A stretch of 63,327 nucleotides of DNA, the filler included, from Octopus bimaculoides (lineage: Eukaryota), in the NCBI RefSeq assembly GCF_001194135.2. It is 8 parts of 7 records of this genome, joined end to end, with 100 filler letters (N's around TTAATTAATTAA, not from the genome) between each part and the next. Parts side by side here need not be neighbours in the genome. Positions count along the whole stretch, not along the records: positions 9,654 to 17,934 come from NC_069005.1; positions 18,035 to 24,362 come from NW_026418112.1; positions 24,463 to 34,197 come from NW_026340357.1; 5 more parts are not named here. One strand, 5' to 3'. The notes below the pieces were generated by a model. It ran no database searches. It worked only from the letters and a program-made list of their open reading frames with translations, and was not told the origin of the DNA. Both the position numbers and the translations under genes were made by a program. Positions 12,275 to 24,999 of the stretch are shown in pieces (position 1 is the first letter of the stretch; each line of letters starts with the position of its first letter).

Positions 12275-12316
<42 letters not shown>

Positions 12317-12445
12317 TGATTGACTGACAGATACATGGTAAACAGAAAATGTAAATAGAAAGACAGATATACATATACAAGTATAGAGAGAATTATGCGG
12401 ATAGGTAGACGAACAGACAGATAGACAGACAGACAAGTAGGTAGG

Positions 12446-12496
<51 letters not shown>

Positions 12497-12897
12497 CAAA
12501 CTAGCTAGACAGACGAATTGGTTAGAAAGACATGTAAATAAACTAAATTCAGGGACATAAAGAAAGGCGTACAGATAGACAGGTAAATAGACTGATAGAT
12601 AAACGGGCGAATAAATATTAAGACATTTCTCATCCATCCACGATTTCTTTACTCTCCGCCACCATCCTGCTCTTTCTCACTTCTCCCCATCTCCTTCTCT
12701 TCGTTTTTCCTTCTCCTTGCTCTTCCTTCCTTCCTTCCTTCCTTATTTACTTACTTCCTTTTTCATATGAAACGTATTTTATATCAGATTACTCAAGCTG
12801 TTATTTCTGCAACATAAGGTATCATGAAGTTTTCTTACAGATATCGTCTTCAATTTCAGTTATGCTGCTGCTACTACTACTACTACTGCCACCACCT

Positions 12898-12953
<56 letters not shown>

Positions 12954-12954
12954 T

Positions 12955-13005
<51 letters not shown>

Positions 13006-13436
13006 TTCGCTGTTGAGAACTAATGCTCAGTTTGCGTGTATATGTGTATGTGTGTGTCCGTGTGTGTAATGTTCCGTGACCTGGTTTTCATTTTCATATT
13101 GGGACGTTTATAATCTGTTAGTATTGTCCTCACGAAGGACCAAAACACTTCTCTTTCTATGGCCATTGTATATAGATACCTTTCCGGAATTTGGCGGAAT
13201 CGTTAGACCGTCGGCAAGGTGCTTTTGTAGCGTATATTCCAGCGCTTCATGTTTTGATTTCAAATTGCACCGAAATCAACTTTGTCTCACATTCTTTCGA
13301 GGATGAAAAAAATGAACACCTGTCAGGTACAGGGGTCGATGGTATTAAATTGCACCCTCCATTTGAAATAGCTGGCTTGTGTCTAAATTAGATCCTTCTT
13401 CTTCTTCTTCTTCTTCTTCTTCTTCTTCTCGTTATT

Positions 13437-13647
13437 GAGCTGGCAGAAGCGTTAGCTCGCCGGACGAAATGCTTAGTGGTATTTCGCCTCTCGCTACGTT
13501 CCGTGTTCAAATTCCGCCGAGGTCGACTTTGTCTTTCATCCTTTCTGGATCGATTAAATAAGTTACCAGTTACTCACTGGGGTCGATTCAATCACCTTAA
13601 TCCCCTTCCCAAGCTGCCCTTGTGACAAAAAATTTGAAATCATCATC

Positions 13648-13689
<42 letters not shown>

Positions 13690-14184
13690 GAGCTGGCAGA
13701 ATCGTTAGCACGCCAGGCAAAATAGTTAGTGTTACTTTGTCTATCTTTACGTTCTGAGTTCAAATGCTGCCGAGGTCAAATTCACCCTTCATCCTTTCAG
13801 GGTCGATAAAATAAGTACCAGTTGAGCTCTGAAGCTGATGTAATCAACCAGTCCCCTACCTCAAAATTTCAGGCCTTGTGCCTACAGCAGAAAGGATTAT
13901 TATTATGGTTATTGTCATCGTCATCGTCGTTGTTGTTGTTGTTGTTAGTAGTAGTAGTAGTAGTAGTAGTAGTTTTTAGCTGGCAGAATCGTTAGCACGC
14001 CAAGCAAAATACTTGGCGGCATTTCGTCCGTCTATACGTTCTGAGTTCAAATTCCGTCGTGGTGGACTTTGCTTTTACTCCTTTCGGGGTCGATGAAATA
14101 AGTACCAGTTAAACACACTGGGTCGATTTAATCGACTATCCCCCTCTCCCAAAATTTCAGGCCCTGTGCCTATTAGCAGGAAGG

Positions 14185-14190
<6 letters not shown>
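13437..14190 (+). mobile_element. Three head-to-tail SINE family A copies (13437-13645, 13690-13905, 13978-14190) separated by microsatellites; an older decayed copy lies at ~13180-13390
   Basis: Repeated GAGCTGGCAGAA...GTTCAAAT...CCTTGTG...GGATTATTATT units. Confidence 0.85.
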
Positions 14191-14223
<33 letters not shown>

Positions 14224-14437
14224 GTTCAGTAGTTTTATATTTATAACGTGCTTTCACTTCACTACCGAGCGCAGCTCTGTGTGCCTTGGGTATGTGCTGT
14301 GGTTTGCTGTGATACTCTTATGGTTACTGTATCGAAAGTGTTTTGCGTAGGATGTGTACAGTGCCCAGTAGTGCAATTTTCTGTATGTTATATATATTTG
14401 TAAGTCCTGGTGTTTTTGTTATGTATTTGTCTGAATA

Positions 14438-14440
<3 letters not shown>
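14224..14440 (-). mobile_element. R4/Dong-like non-LTR 3' terminal fragment in (TAA)n
   Basis: Minus strand translates KYITKTPGLTNIYNIQKIALLGTVHILRKTLSIQ* followed by a short 3' UTR. Flanked by (ATT)n on both sides. Confidence 0.7.
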
Positions 14441-14470
<30 letters not shown>

Positions 14471-15104
14471 CGGTTATGCTGCTCAGAATTTTGGCTTTTG
14501 GTTTCAATATGTTGGCTATATATTTATCGGTTAAGAAATATATGATATTAGGAAATGGCATAGCCCTTAAGAGTAGTTTAAACAGCCTCTCTTCGCAATA
14601 CGCTGCACACACAAGTTTGCTATGCGCGCCTCCTCGTTTTTGTGCCGCCGTGTATATTGTTTTCACCTCAACCACAACGGCTGGAATATGCTCTAGGAAA
14701 GAGGTGTGAAAAAGCAGTGTTAAAACAAAACGACAGCAATTTGACTGGTGAGTAGAATATTCTAACCGTGCACAACAGAGAAATTTGGGTGTAGATATAT
14801 GGTAATATATATTAATAAAAATATCTCGGTGAATAACGTATTCCTAGAATGTGAATAATTTGCAAGTCATTGTGAACGAAAAAAAAAAAAAAATAGCACT
14901 TCCTGTTTTAGTTATTCAGTATCTAATATGACTTTTTGAGGATGGCCGGCGATGTATGAATTAATGTATTTTACTCAGGTCAAGCCTGCAACGAAATTAA
15001 TTAGCGTACGCTTGAAATAATTTTACTTTCTTGTTTATTTTTCTTGTTGTTATGCACACGCACACGTATCTTCACATATATGCATGCATGTATACACACA
15101 AACA

Positions 15105-15152
<48 letters not shown>

Positions 15153-15452
15153 TTATTTATTTATGCGTTTCAGCTAATTGGCTGCGGTCATACTGGAGCA
15201 CCACCATATATATATATATAAATACATAACGTATATACAAACATGTCTACGTACACACATACTTACTTATACATATTTAAATAAATATATAGGTATAAGT
15301 GCGTACACGCAATCACACACACACACACACACAAATACACATATATACGCATACACTCACAGAGCGAGAGAGAGGGGGAGGGAGTGAGAGAGGGAGAAAT
15401 GCAGTAGTCCATAATTTTTGCCTCTTTATATTTGGTCGTTTCTGTCAAGGTG

Positions 15453-15495
<43 letters not shown>

Positions 15496-16121
15496 TTGTG
15501 CTTCCGTGTTGATGCATCTATATTACATGTAGTTGTGCTTATGTATATGGATCAACTGTTTGGCGGCAGAGTGGCTCAGGAATACAATGCAGATATTTTA
15601 AAGTGTCACCTCATATGTACTTACATACGGAAAACTATTACTATAAGAAAGAATATTGTTGTTATTGCTTTTAATCGTCCTTGTATTGGTATTGATTCGT
15701 CAGTCGCTAGATTAGAGGGTCGTGCCTATAGCCCTTGTATGATTTTCAAGGTAACGAGTGAGCTGTTTGATGTTAAAGTGGTTCAGGTTTGCTGTAGGTA
15801 AAAAAAAGAGAAATATGGAACAGGGGGAATTGAGAGGAACGTATTTGTGTGAAAAAAGGAATTTTTAAGTGATCTGAGGGCTAAGAGAACGAAGATTATC
15901 CAAATGATTATAAAGAAAGAATCTTCTGTTGTGTGATGTGGGAAACATCAAAGAATGCTGCCATGATATATGATAATGGTCACAGTTTCGTAATGTACAA
16001 AAAAAACCCAGTCCTCTATATTATCAATATCAATTGCATGGTCGTTTATTATGTATGCTCACATACATACACATATCAAGTCAAGCATCTATACTTTATC
16101 TTTTAATATAGAATTTGGTGT

Positions 16122-16350
16122 AAGGCGGCGAGCTGGTGGAATCGTTAGCACGCCGGACAAAATGCCTATCGGTATTTCGTCTGTCTTTACGTTCTGAGTT
16201 CAAATTCCGCCGAGGTCGACTTCGCCTTCGCCTTTCATCCATTCCGAGTCGATAAATTAAGTACCAGTTGCGTACTGGGGTCGATCTAATTGACTGTCCC
16301 CCCACTCCCTCAAAATTTCTGGCTTTGTGCCTAGAGTAGAAAAGAATATA
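16122..16350 (+). mobile_element. SINE family A, full length, CpG-intact
   Basis: AAGGCGGCGAGCTGGTGGAATCGTTAGCACGCCGG...TGCCTAGAGTAGAAAAGAATAT. Confidence 0.85.
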
Positions 16351-16919
16351 TAACTTTGTGTATATACTTTTTAAAGTGCGATGTATATATATTATATTTT
16401 TATTGTGGCTTGTATATTCTATGACGTTGCATCGTTTGAATGGTTTGTATATTATATTTATAGTGTAATCCCTACGTAATATCGATAGTGTGGCGTGGAA
16501 CTCGACTGAGGAAAGAAAACTCCGAATGACCCCTTCTTGTTTTTTCTTGTCCCTTTTTTGTATCATCTGNNNNNNNNNNNNNNNNNNNNNNNNNNNNNNN
16601 NNNNNNNNNNNNNNNNNNNNNNNNNNNNNNNNNNNNNNNNNNNNNNNNNNNNNNNNNNNNNNNNNNNNNNNNNNNNNNNNNNNNNNNNNNNNNNNNNNNN
16701 NNNNNNNNNNNNNNNNNNNNNNNNNNNNNNNNNNNNNNNNNNNNNNNNNNNNNNNNNNNNNNNNNNNNNNNNNNNNNNNNNNNNNNNNNNNNNNNNNNNN
16801 NNNNNNNNNNNNNNNNNNNNNNNNNNNNNNNNNNNNNNNNNNNNNNNNNNNNNNNNNNNNNNNNNNNNNNNNNNNNNNNNNNNNNNNNNNNNNNNNNNNN
16901 NNNNNNNNNNNNNNNNNNN

Positions 16920-16954
<35 letters not shown>

Positions 16955-17761
16955 AGTATGTGTTGACTAATTGTTTACCTATATTGAGAAGTAAACCAGT
17001 TATTAAGCTTCTATAGATTAATCTACCAATCGTGTTTCATAAATCTATTAAATACATACATACACAGACACAAACACACAGATACGCACGCGCGCACGTG
17101 CACATACACACACAAACACATATATAATACCTATATCATATAGAGACACATACATGTCTGTACACACACACACACACATATACACACGCACGCAGGCACA
17201 CATACATACACAAATACATATATGTAGTATGATAAATGTTCTGTTTGTATGATATCGCTGCTATTTGCACTGTATGACAGTATTATGGGATATAAATTAT
17301 TATATAAACATACACACGATGTAATACATCTGCCGTTTATATAATATCCTTGCTGCCTGTGATGTATGATAGACATTAATATGAGATATAAATGAAGTCG
17401 TATAAACATATTTTATACATACGGTGCGATAAGTTTGTTGTTTATATCAATAATAAAACTGCCACTTGCACTATGTGAAAGTATGTATGTATGTTATCTG
17501 CATTGTGTGACGGACGCTATTCAATGTTGTAAACACATGTTATGTATATATATGTTGTGATGTATCCGTCTTGTATATAATATCTTTACTATCTGCAATG
17601 TTTGGCAGCGTTATGCGATAAACAAATTGATATGCTAGTATGTGATAAACGTATAAATGCTATGTTCAACATGAAGCTGTTCTGTTTTGAAACCAAAAAG
17701 TAGTCATCGTATAGACTCAAGGTCTTTTCCTTACACTCAAGCTCACTTATCCCCTCCTCAC

Positions 17762-17798
<37 letters not shown>

Positions 17799-17799
17799 A

Positions 17800-17833
<34 letters not shown>

Positions 17834-18034
17834 TCTCTGTCTGTCTGTCTCTCTCTTTCTGTCTCTCTCTTTCACGCATACACACATACGTTCTCTTCTG
17901 CTCTTATTCACGTACGTACTATTTCTTTCCTGATNNNNNNNNNNNNNNNNNNNNNNNNNNNNNNNNNNNNNNNNNNNNTTAATTAATTAANNNNNNNNNN
18001 NNNNNNNNNNNNNNNNNNNNNNNNNNNNNNNNNN

Positions 18035-18088
<54 letters not shown>

Positions 18089-18158
18089 TGACGACGACGA
18101 CGTTGGCGTCGTCAAGAACAATGACAGAAGCAACAAGCTCCACGACCATCGCCACCCT

Positions 18159-18203
<45 letters not shown>

Positions 18204-18625
18204 AACAGCAGCAGCAGCAGCAGCAGTCAGCCAAATACAATACCATCAACAGCTTCAAAGAAACAGGAATTCCAAAATGTATTTTTTTCCCCCCTCTCAA
18301 GAGCGAAATTGTATCTTGACAAATTCTATACATTTGTTGCTGACTTTGTATGTAACAAACTAATGTTTTTTTCGTCTTCGGGTTTATTTCATTTGTTTTA
18401 ATCATCGACCACCCTCCATTTTTGAAAATGGCGTCTACTTTCTCTAACATCTGGGTTTAGCTAGGAAACAATCGTTCCTTAACCACGATCCGTCCGTATT
18501 ATTTCTACCGTTGGGGGTAGGTATCGTTTCTTTTATCTTTTTGCTTGTCTCTGTTATTAAACTGCGACCATGCTGGGGCACCGCTTTGAAGAAGCTTTAG
18601 CTGAATGAATCGATTTCAGTAATTT

Positions 18626-18657
<32 letters not shown>

Positions 18658-19135
18658 TATNNNNNNNNNNNNNNNNNNNNNNNNNNNNNNNNNNNNNNNN
18701 NNNNNNNNNNNNNNNNNNNNNNNNNNNNNNNNNNNNNNNNNNNNNNNNNNNNNNNNNNNNNNNNNNNNNNNNNNNNNNNNNNNNNNNNNNNNNNNNNNNN
18801 NNNNNNNNNNNNNNNNNNNNNNNNNNNNNNNNNNNNNNNNNNNNNNNNNNNNNNNNNNNNNNNNNNNNNNNNNNNNNNNNNNNNNNNNNNNNNNNNNNNN
18901 NNNNNNNNNNNNNNNNNNNNNNNNNNNNNNNNNNNNNNNNNNNNNNNNNNNNNNNNNNNNNNNNNNNNNNNNNNNNNNNNNNNNNNNNNNNNNNNNNNNN
19001 NNNNNNNNNNNNNNNNNNNNNNNNNNNNNNNNNNNNNNNNNNNNNNNNNNNNNNNNNNNNNNNNNNNNNNNNNNNNNNNNNNNNNNNNNNNNNNNNNNNN
19101 NNNNNNNNNNNNNNNNNNNNNNNNNNNNNNNNNNN

Positions 19136-19170
<35 letters not shown>

Positions 19171-20006
19171 CACAGTAAATTGATTTGCGTAAAGAGGTCA
19201 ATAAGAAGAGATCCATCTAATGAGAGTCCAATATTACTGTATGCGTTTCACTCCAGATGTACTACTAATAGTTTCACGTACATGCCAAGTACGTTCATCA
19301 TGGGTCGATACGGGTCAACAGTTGAAGACACTTGCGCAAAGTACTCCGCGTTGGGACTGACCCCGACATCACCTCATGGCAAAGCAAGCATTTCAATCAC
19401 ACAACCATGTCTTTTGTTTCTATCCTCAGGCACTCCTTCGATAGGGTCCTAACAGAAACCATCGTCATTACACTCACCGGATGGATTCCCAAGCAGGATC
19501 ATTTGAGACTATGGACATTATCCAACCATCTCGTTCTTCGTTCATTCCGTAGTCTCCTACAGCTTGACTCTGCTTAAATAATCTATCTTGTAGCTTGACT
19601 CTCCGCTGTGTCGCTCTAATCGCGTGTCCGTAGTATCATAGTGCAAAGAATTTACAGATCGACCTGGAGAGACACTGATCTCTGAGCTACGCGACCCCGT
19701 CGAGTAGAGTTACATGAGAAATCCTTCGGTTGTATACTCGAACGGGCTCTTTCGGTCATCACCCAGCATTCATGACCACAGATGAAATAATCTAGTTATA
19801 AATGAATATAAATCTTCAGGTAACGACCTTCCGGCTCTGAAATAAGACGTGAATCGTGGATAGCCATCAATCATAGAGGCGGATCGCCAAAGTGTCACAG
19901 GCGTCTGTTTCCTCTCTAAACTGATTGATCTAACTAGCAAACGTGAGCGCGCACGCCTACGTATACACAAACAAGATTATTCAAGAGACAGGGAAACAGA
20001 GACAAT

Positions 20007-20095
<89 letters not shown>

Positions 20096-20424
20096 ATGTA
20101 TACACATATATACATATACGGACGCACACACACACAAACATGTATGTATATATATATACAAAGATTCAGTAGGCAAAATTATCGAACGAGATAAGTTAAG
20201 AGACCACGACTAAGATTCAGACAATTCATATCTTAATAAAGATAACGCTTTCCTTAGCGACACAATGATAATATATTGCTAGTTGTATCTGAGTAATATA
20301 TGTCTCTGTAAATATATATGTAGATTCATGAACAGTTGAGGTCTTCGGTGGTTTTTAACACTCGATATCTTAAAGGAACATTTCTGTTGTGGAGGGATTC
20401 TGACTCGCACACACCATCCCTTGT

Positions 20425-20937
20425 AGACCTCGGTGAAATTTGAACTCAGAACGCCAGGATGGACGAAATGCCGCTAACCATTTTGCCTGGTTCTTTCAAC
20501 ACACCGCCTTTTCTCCTACAAAAGGCATAAGGTCTGTAATTTTAGAGTGGGGGGATAGTCGATTATATCGATCCTAGTACTCAACTGGTACTTATTTTAT
20601 CGACCCTGGATGAATGAAAGGCAGAGTCGACCTCGGCCGAATTTGAAATCAGAACGCCAGGACGGACGTAATGCCGCTAAGCGTTTTGCCTGGCGTACTA
20701 ACGATTCTTTCAAATCATCGCCTTTTTTTACAACAGTAATAAGCCATTCTACTTAAGGCAGAAGGTCTGACATTTCGAGGTGGGTGCTGGTCGATTATAT
20801 CGACTCCCAATATTCAGCTGGTATTTATTTTATCGACCCTGCAAGGATGAAAGGTAAAGTCGACATCGGCCGAATTTGAACCCAAGACGTAGAGACGGGC
20901 GAAATGCCTTTAAGCGTTTTACCTGGTGTGCTAACGG
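20425..20937 (-). mobile_element. Three tandem SINE family A copies/fragments
   Basis: GACCTCGG..GAATTTGAA.CAGAACG motif recurs at ~20430, ~20625 and ~20860. Confidence 0.75.
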
Positions 20938-21054
20938 TGATTTAGAAATGTCAAAATGAACTGCGAACTAGGAAGCATTGCACCTGCTCTGGATCAAGTA
21001 TTTTCTATTGATGACATACAAATATTTGTAAATCGCAAAAAAAGGACCAAGTCA

Positions 21055-21760
21055 CTTGTTAAAATGACACAGGTTTGTTAGTGTGACATCAGAATGGAGA
21101 TTACTGTGTGCAAATACGCATGTTTAACCATGAAGAGGGAGAAAATGGAATGAACTTACCGGTAGAGCAGATATTTTTAACCTGGTGACAATGGATGTGT
21201 ATATATCGAGGTATCCTGGAACTCGATGATATGCGCAAGGAAATGAAGGGACAAGTGAAAGCAATATATTTGAAAAGATTAAAGCTTGTATTGAAATTGG
21301 TTGATGAATGCAATCAACATATGGACGGTTGCCGTCGTTCGTTATAATGTTGGTTAAGTGAATTGGTTGAAGGATGAAATAAATACGTTTGTAAGAAAAC
21401 GAGAAAACTGTGGATGGAACGTTTCATCCGAAGGCAAACGACGATCGTTTATGTATGTAACGGAATACTGGAGGGAAAGGGTTTATTAACGGGTTGTGAT
21501 TGTGTAAACGGAGATTAAAGATCAGTAAACTGCCACCTTGTAAAGAGAACTACTCAAACATGCCGTTATGTAATTAGGGCTTTTGTTAAACTTGCAGAAA
21601 AGAAAGCATTCCAAAGCAGGATAATATATGAAAGAAAGTGAGCGCTCGAAGAAATGTAATCACATGGATAGATCCACCGAGACAACGAGAATACAAAAAT
21701 ATCACTATACATCGTAGGACTGAGTCCAGAGAGATTTAAGGAGGGAAACTGAGTTTGTTG
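21055..21760 (+). pseudogene. Decayed R4/Dong-like reverse transcriptase C-terminal fragment
   Basis: Frameshifted pieces: DIRME...CACLTMKR, GILELDD, YLKRLKLVLK, AINIWTVAVVRY, FHPKAN.DRLY..RNTGGKGL. Confidence 0.65.
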
Positions 21761-21883
21761 TTGGCTGCCCAAGGCCAGGCACTCAACACTAACTCTGTAA
21801 GGGAAATTATTTCACCGTTTTAGCGAACATGTGCTGCCAATGTAACCAGAAAGTGGAAAATATTGACCATACTGTAAGAAGCT

Positions 21884-21975
<92 letters not shown>

Positions 21976-22128
21976 AAGTTTATCTACTTGCGAGAGGTTT
22001 TTTCGTTGTTTTTTTTTTTCATCAGTATGTTTACAATTGTTGTCGTTGTTGTTGTTGACAATAAAGACGACGACGATGATGATGATGAAAATAATGATGT
22101 TGATGATGGTAAAGGTGATAGCAATGAA

Positions 22129-22160
<32 letters not shown>

Positions 22161-22206
22161 CGTAGTCTTTGTCCTGATAGTGGTGGTAGTTCTGGTGGTG
22201 AAATAC

Positions 22207-22264
<58 letters not shown>

Positions 22265-22913
22265 GAGTAGTAGTAGCAGCAGCAGCAACAACAGCAGGAG
22301 TAGCAGTGGAGGGGGAGGAGGAAGAAGAAGAACAAGAAGACGACTTTATAATGATAATGATGATGAGAGAGAAAGAGAGAAAGAGAGAGAGAGAGAGAAA
22401 CCTTCTTCGATGTGGTGATGATTGGTGTTTCATTGTGTGAAGATATAACACAGGGGAAAAAATATTAATAAATGAACAGAAGCGATACAAACACGCAAAC
22501 ATACAAACACATAGAATAGAGAGGTAAGAAGCTGCTAGGAAACCTCTACGTCGCCTTCCATGAAAACTAATGGCGCCCTAGACAGTTAACTGGTACAGAC
22601 AACTCCGTTTCCTGTTTACACTAAATAGTCGCCTACCACAAGTAATACATAACTTTCACTCTGTTCATTGCTTACCTATTGTTCATTATTCCTATTTCCT
22701 CTCTTTCTCTTTCATCTCTATTTCTCTATTTCCATATATATTTTTTTCCTGTCACTTCTTACCAGCTTCCTTTCGCTCTTTTCCCTCTTACACTGGTATT
22801 TCATTCTGTTGTTTCTAGTATTCCTACTTTATTTCCGCCACATCTCATTTTCTCATTTCGTGACGTCTACAAACATACACACACACACACATCTTCGCAA
22901 ACACACTCACATA

Positions 22914-23040
22914 CAGTAATCCCTCAACTATCGCGGGTGTTACATTCCAAAATCGCCCGCGATAGGTGAAAACCCGCCCGCGATAGGTGAAAACCCGCCC
23001 GCGATAGGTGAAAACCCGCCAAGTAGAAACAATACAGTAC
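22914..23040 (+). mobile_element. pogo/Tigger-like transposon end with a 3 x 21-bp tandem repeat
   Basis: TA|CAGTAATCCCTCAACTATCGCGGG...CCCGCGATAG terminus. (GCCCGCGATAGGTGAAAACCC)x3 at 22955-23017. Confidence 0.6.
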
Positions 23041-23080
23041 TGCATATATTTTAAAATTATTATATTAATTTGCATATGTT

Positions 23081-23302
23081 TATTGGGTTGGTGCATAATT
23101 ATTGCGGCTTTGTTTTTTTTTTTTTTCAAACAAATTTTATTCAACAAAAACAATAACAATACTTAACAAAAACATCTTTAAATGACGGTCTGACTGACTG
23201 CCAAGCAGATGGGAAGCAGTAATTGATGTAGATGGTGAATATGCTCCGGAATAATCATTTAAAGACGTTTTTGTTACAAGTTACTGTTGTTTTTGTTGAA
23301 TA
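23081..23302 (+). mobile_element. mariner-derived MITE (other end in gap)
   Basis: TIR TATTGGGTTGGTGCATAATTATTGCGG. Internal peptide LPSRWEAVIDVDGEY resembles a mariner transposase C-terminus. Internal inverted repeats. Confidence 0.7.
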
Positions 23303-24292
23303 NNNNNNNNNNNNNNNNNNNNNNNNNNNNNNNNNNNNNNNNNNNNNNNNNNNNNNNNNNNNNNNNNNNNNNNNNNNNNNNNNNNNNNNNNNNNNNNNNN
23401 NNNNNNNNNNNNNNNNNNNNNNNNNNNNNNNNNNNNNNNNNNNNNNNNNNNNNNNNNNNNNNNNNNNNNNNNNNNNNNNNNNNNNNNNNNNNNNNNNNNN
23501 NNNNNNNNNNNNNNNNNNNNNNNNNNNNNNNNNNNNNNNNNNNNNNNNNNNNNNNNNNNNNNNNNNNNNNNNNNNNNNNNNNNNNNNNNNNNNNNNNNNN
23601 NNNNNNNNNNNNNNNNNNNNNNNNNNNNNNNNNNNNNNNNNNNNNNNNNNNNNNNNNNNNNNNNNNNNNNNNNNNNNNNNNNNNNNNNNNNNNNNNNNNN
23701 NNNNNNNNNNNNNNNNNNNNNNNNNNNNNNNNNNNNNNNNNNNNNNNNNNNNNNNNNNNNNNNNNNNNNNNNNNNNNNNNNNNNNNNNNNNNNNNNNNNN
23801 NNNNNNNNNNNNNNNNNNNNNNNNNNNNNNNNNNNNNNNNNNNNNNNNNNNNNNNNNNNNNNNNNNNNNNNNNNNNNNNNNNNNNNNNNNNNNNNNNNNN
23901 NNNNNACACACACACACACACATTGGTATAAACGTCTAAATTTCATCGCTAACTCAATATTTTGTTTGAACATCTCAAAACTACTTCCTACACTAATATT
24001 GGTATTGGCAAAAAAAAAAAAGTGCTATTTCTAACATCAAACCTTTAATACAATTTTACCAAATATTCTTCCACTTCGTCATTCTTTGCTTTTTGCTTGT
24101 TTTGTAGTTTTTGTTTTTCTTTTGTTTTGTTTTTTTGCTATTCGTCTTCTTTTTTTTTTCTTACTAACGTTATCTTTACATTTTACTGTATATATTTACC
24201 TGTTGTTTAATTAAGCAGGTTCTTTTGATCGTGTTTAGCGTCGCAAGATTTCACTGTCTGCATCTAACTCTCTGATCATACACACATATATG

Positions 24293-24324
<32 letters not shown>

Positions 24325-24325
24325 A

Positions 24326-24362
<37 letters not shown>

Positions 24363-24759
24363 NNNNNNNNNNNNNNNNNNNNNNNNNNNNNNNNNNNNNN
24401 NNNNNNTTAATTAATTAANNNNNNNNNNNNNNNNNNNNNNNNNNNNNNNNNNNNNNNNNNNNTATATATAATAATAATAATAATTTTCTAACATATAACG
24501 TAATGATGAACGTGGATGTGAATAAAAAAGCGTTTTCATTATTGAGTGATTGGTGCGAAAAAGTAATAAGTATAATAAAGATACGAGAAGTAATTCAAAT
24601 GTATAAATCTCGAATATAAGAGAAGAATATTATTTAAAAACATGTATATACATTATACATTTTATGTATACTAGTGCATTTAAAAGGAACAGAAGACTAC
24701 GAAATAAGTTAAAAGGATATGTGCATATATGCATACATACATATACGTACATATATATG

Positions 24760-24797
<38 letters not shown>

Positions 24798-24999
24798 TAT
24801 ATATATATATATATGTATATATATGTATTAGAAATATTGCATTTCTAAATCGCTCAGACAGAGACTTATACATATGTAGCACAATAAAGTGATGGTCTGT
24901 TGCCAACGTAATGTGGCAGTCCCAGGAAAGTGAAGAATGCTACTGCTATTTAGCCCCAGGAAACATCGTTTCCAGATGGCACAGTAGACGTGGAGTAAT

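Noticed and set aside
15541-15620. DQLFGGRVAQEY resembling the FtsH/YME1 GGRVAEE motif
   Set aside because: No usable splice sites and the flanking residues do not fit; likely chance.
22955-23017. CRISPR-like or iteron-like repeat array
   Set aside because: The units are contiguous with no spacers, lie within a transposon terminus, and the context is eukaryotic.
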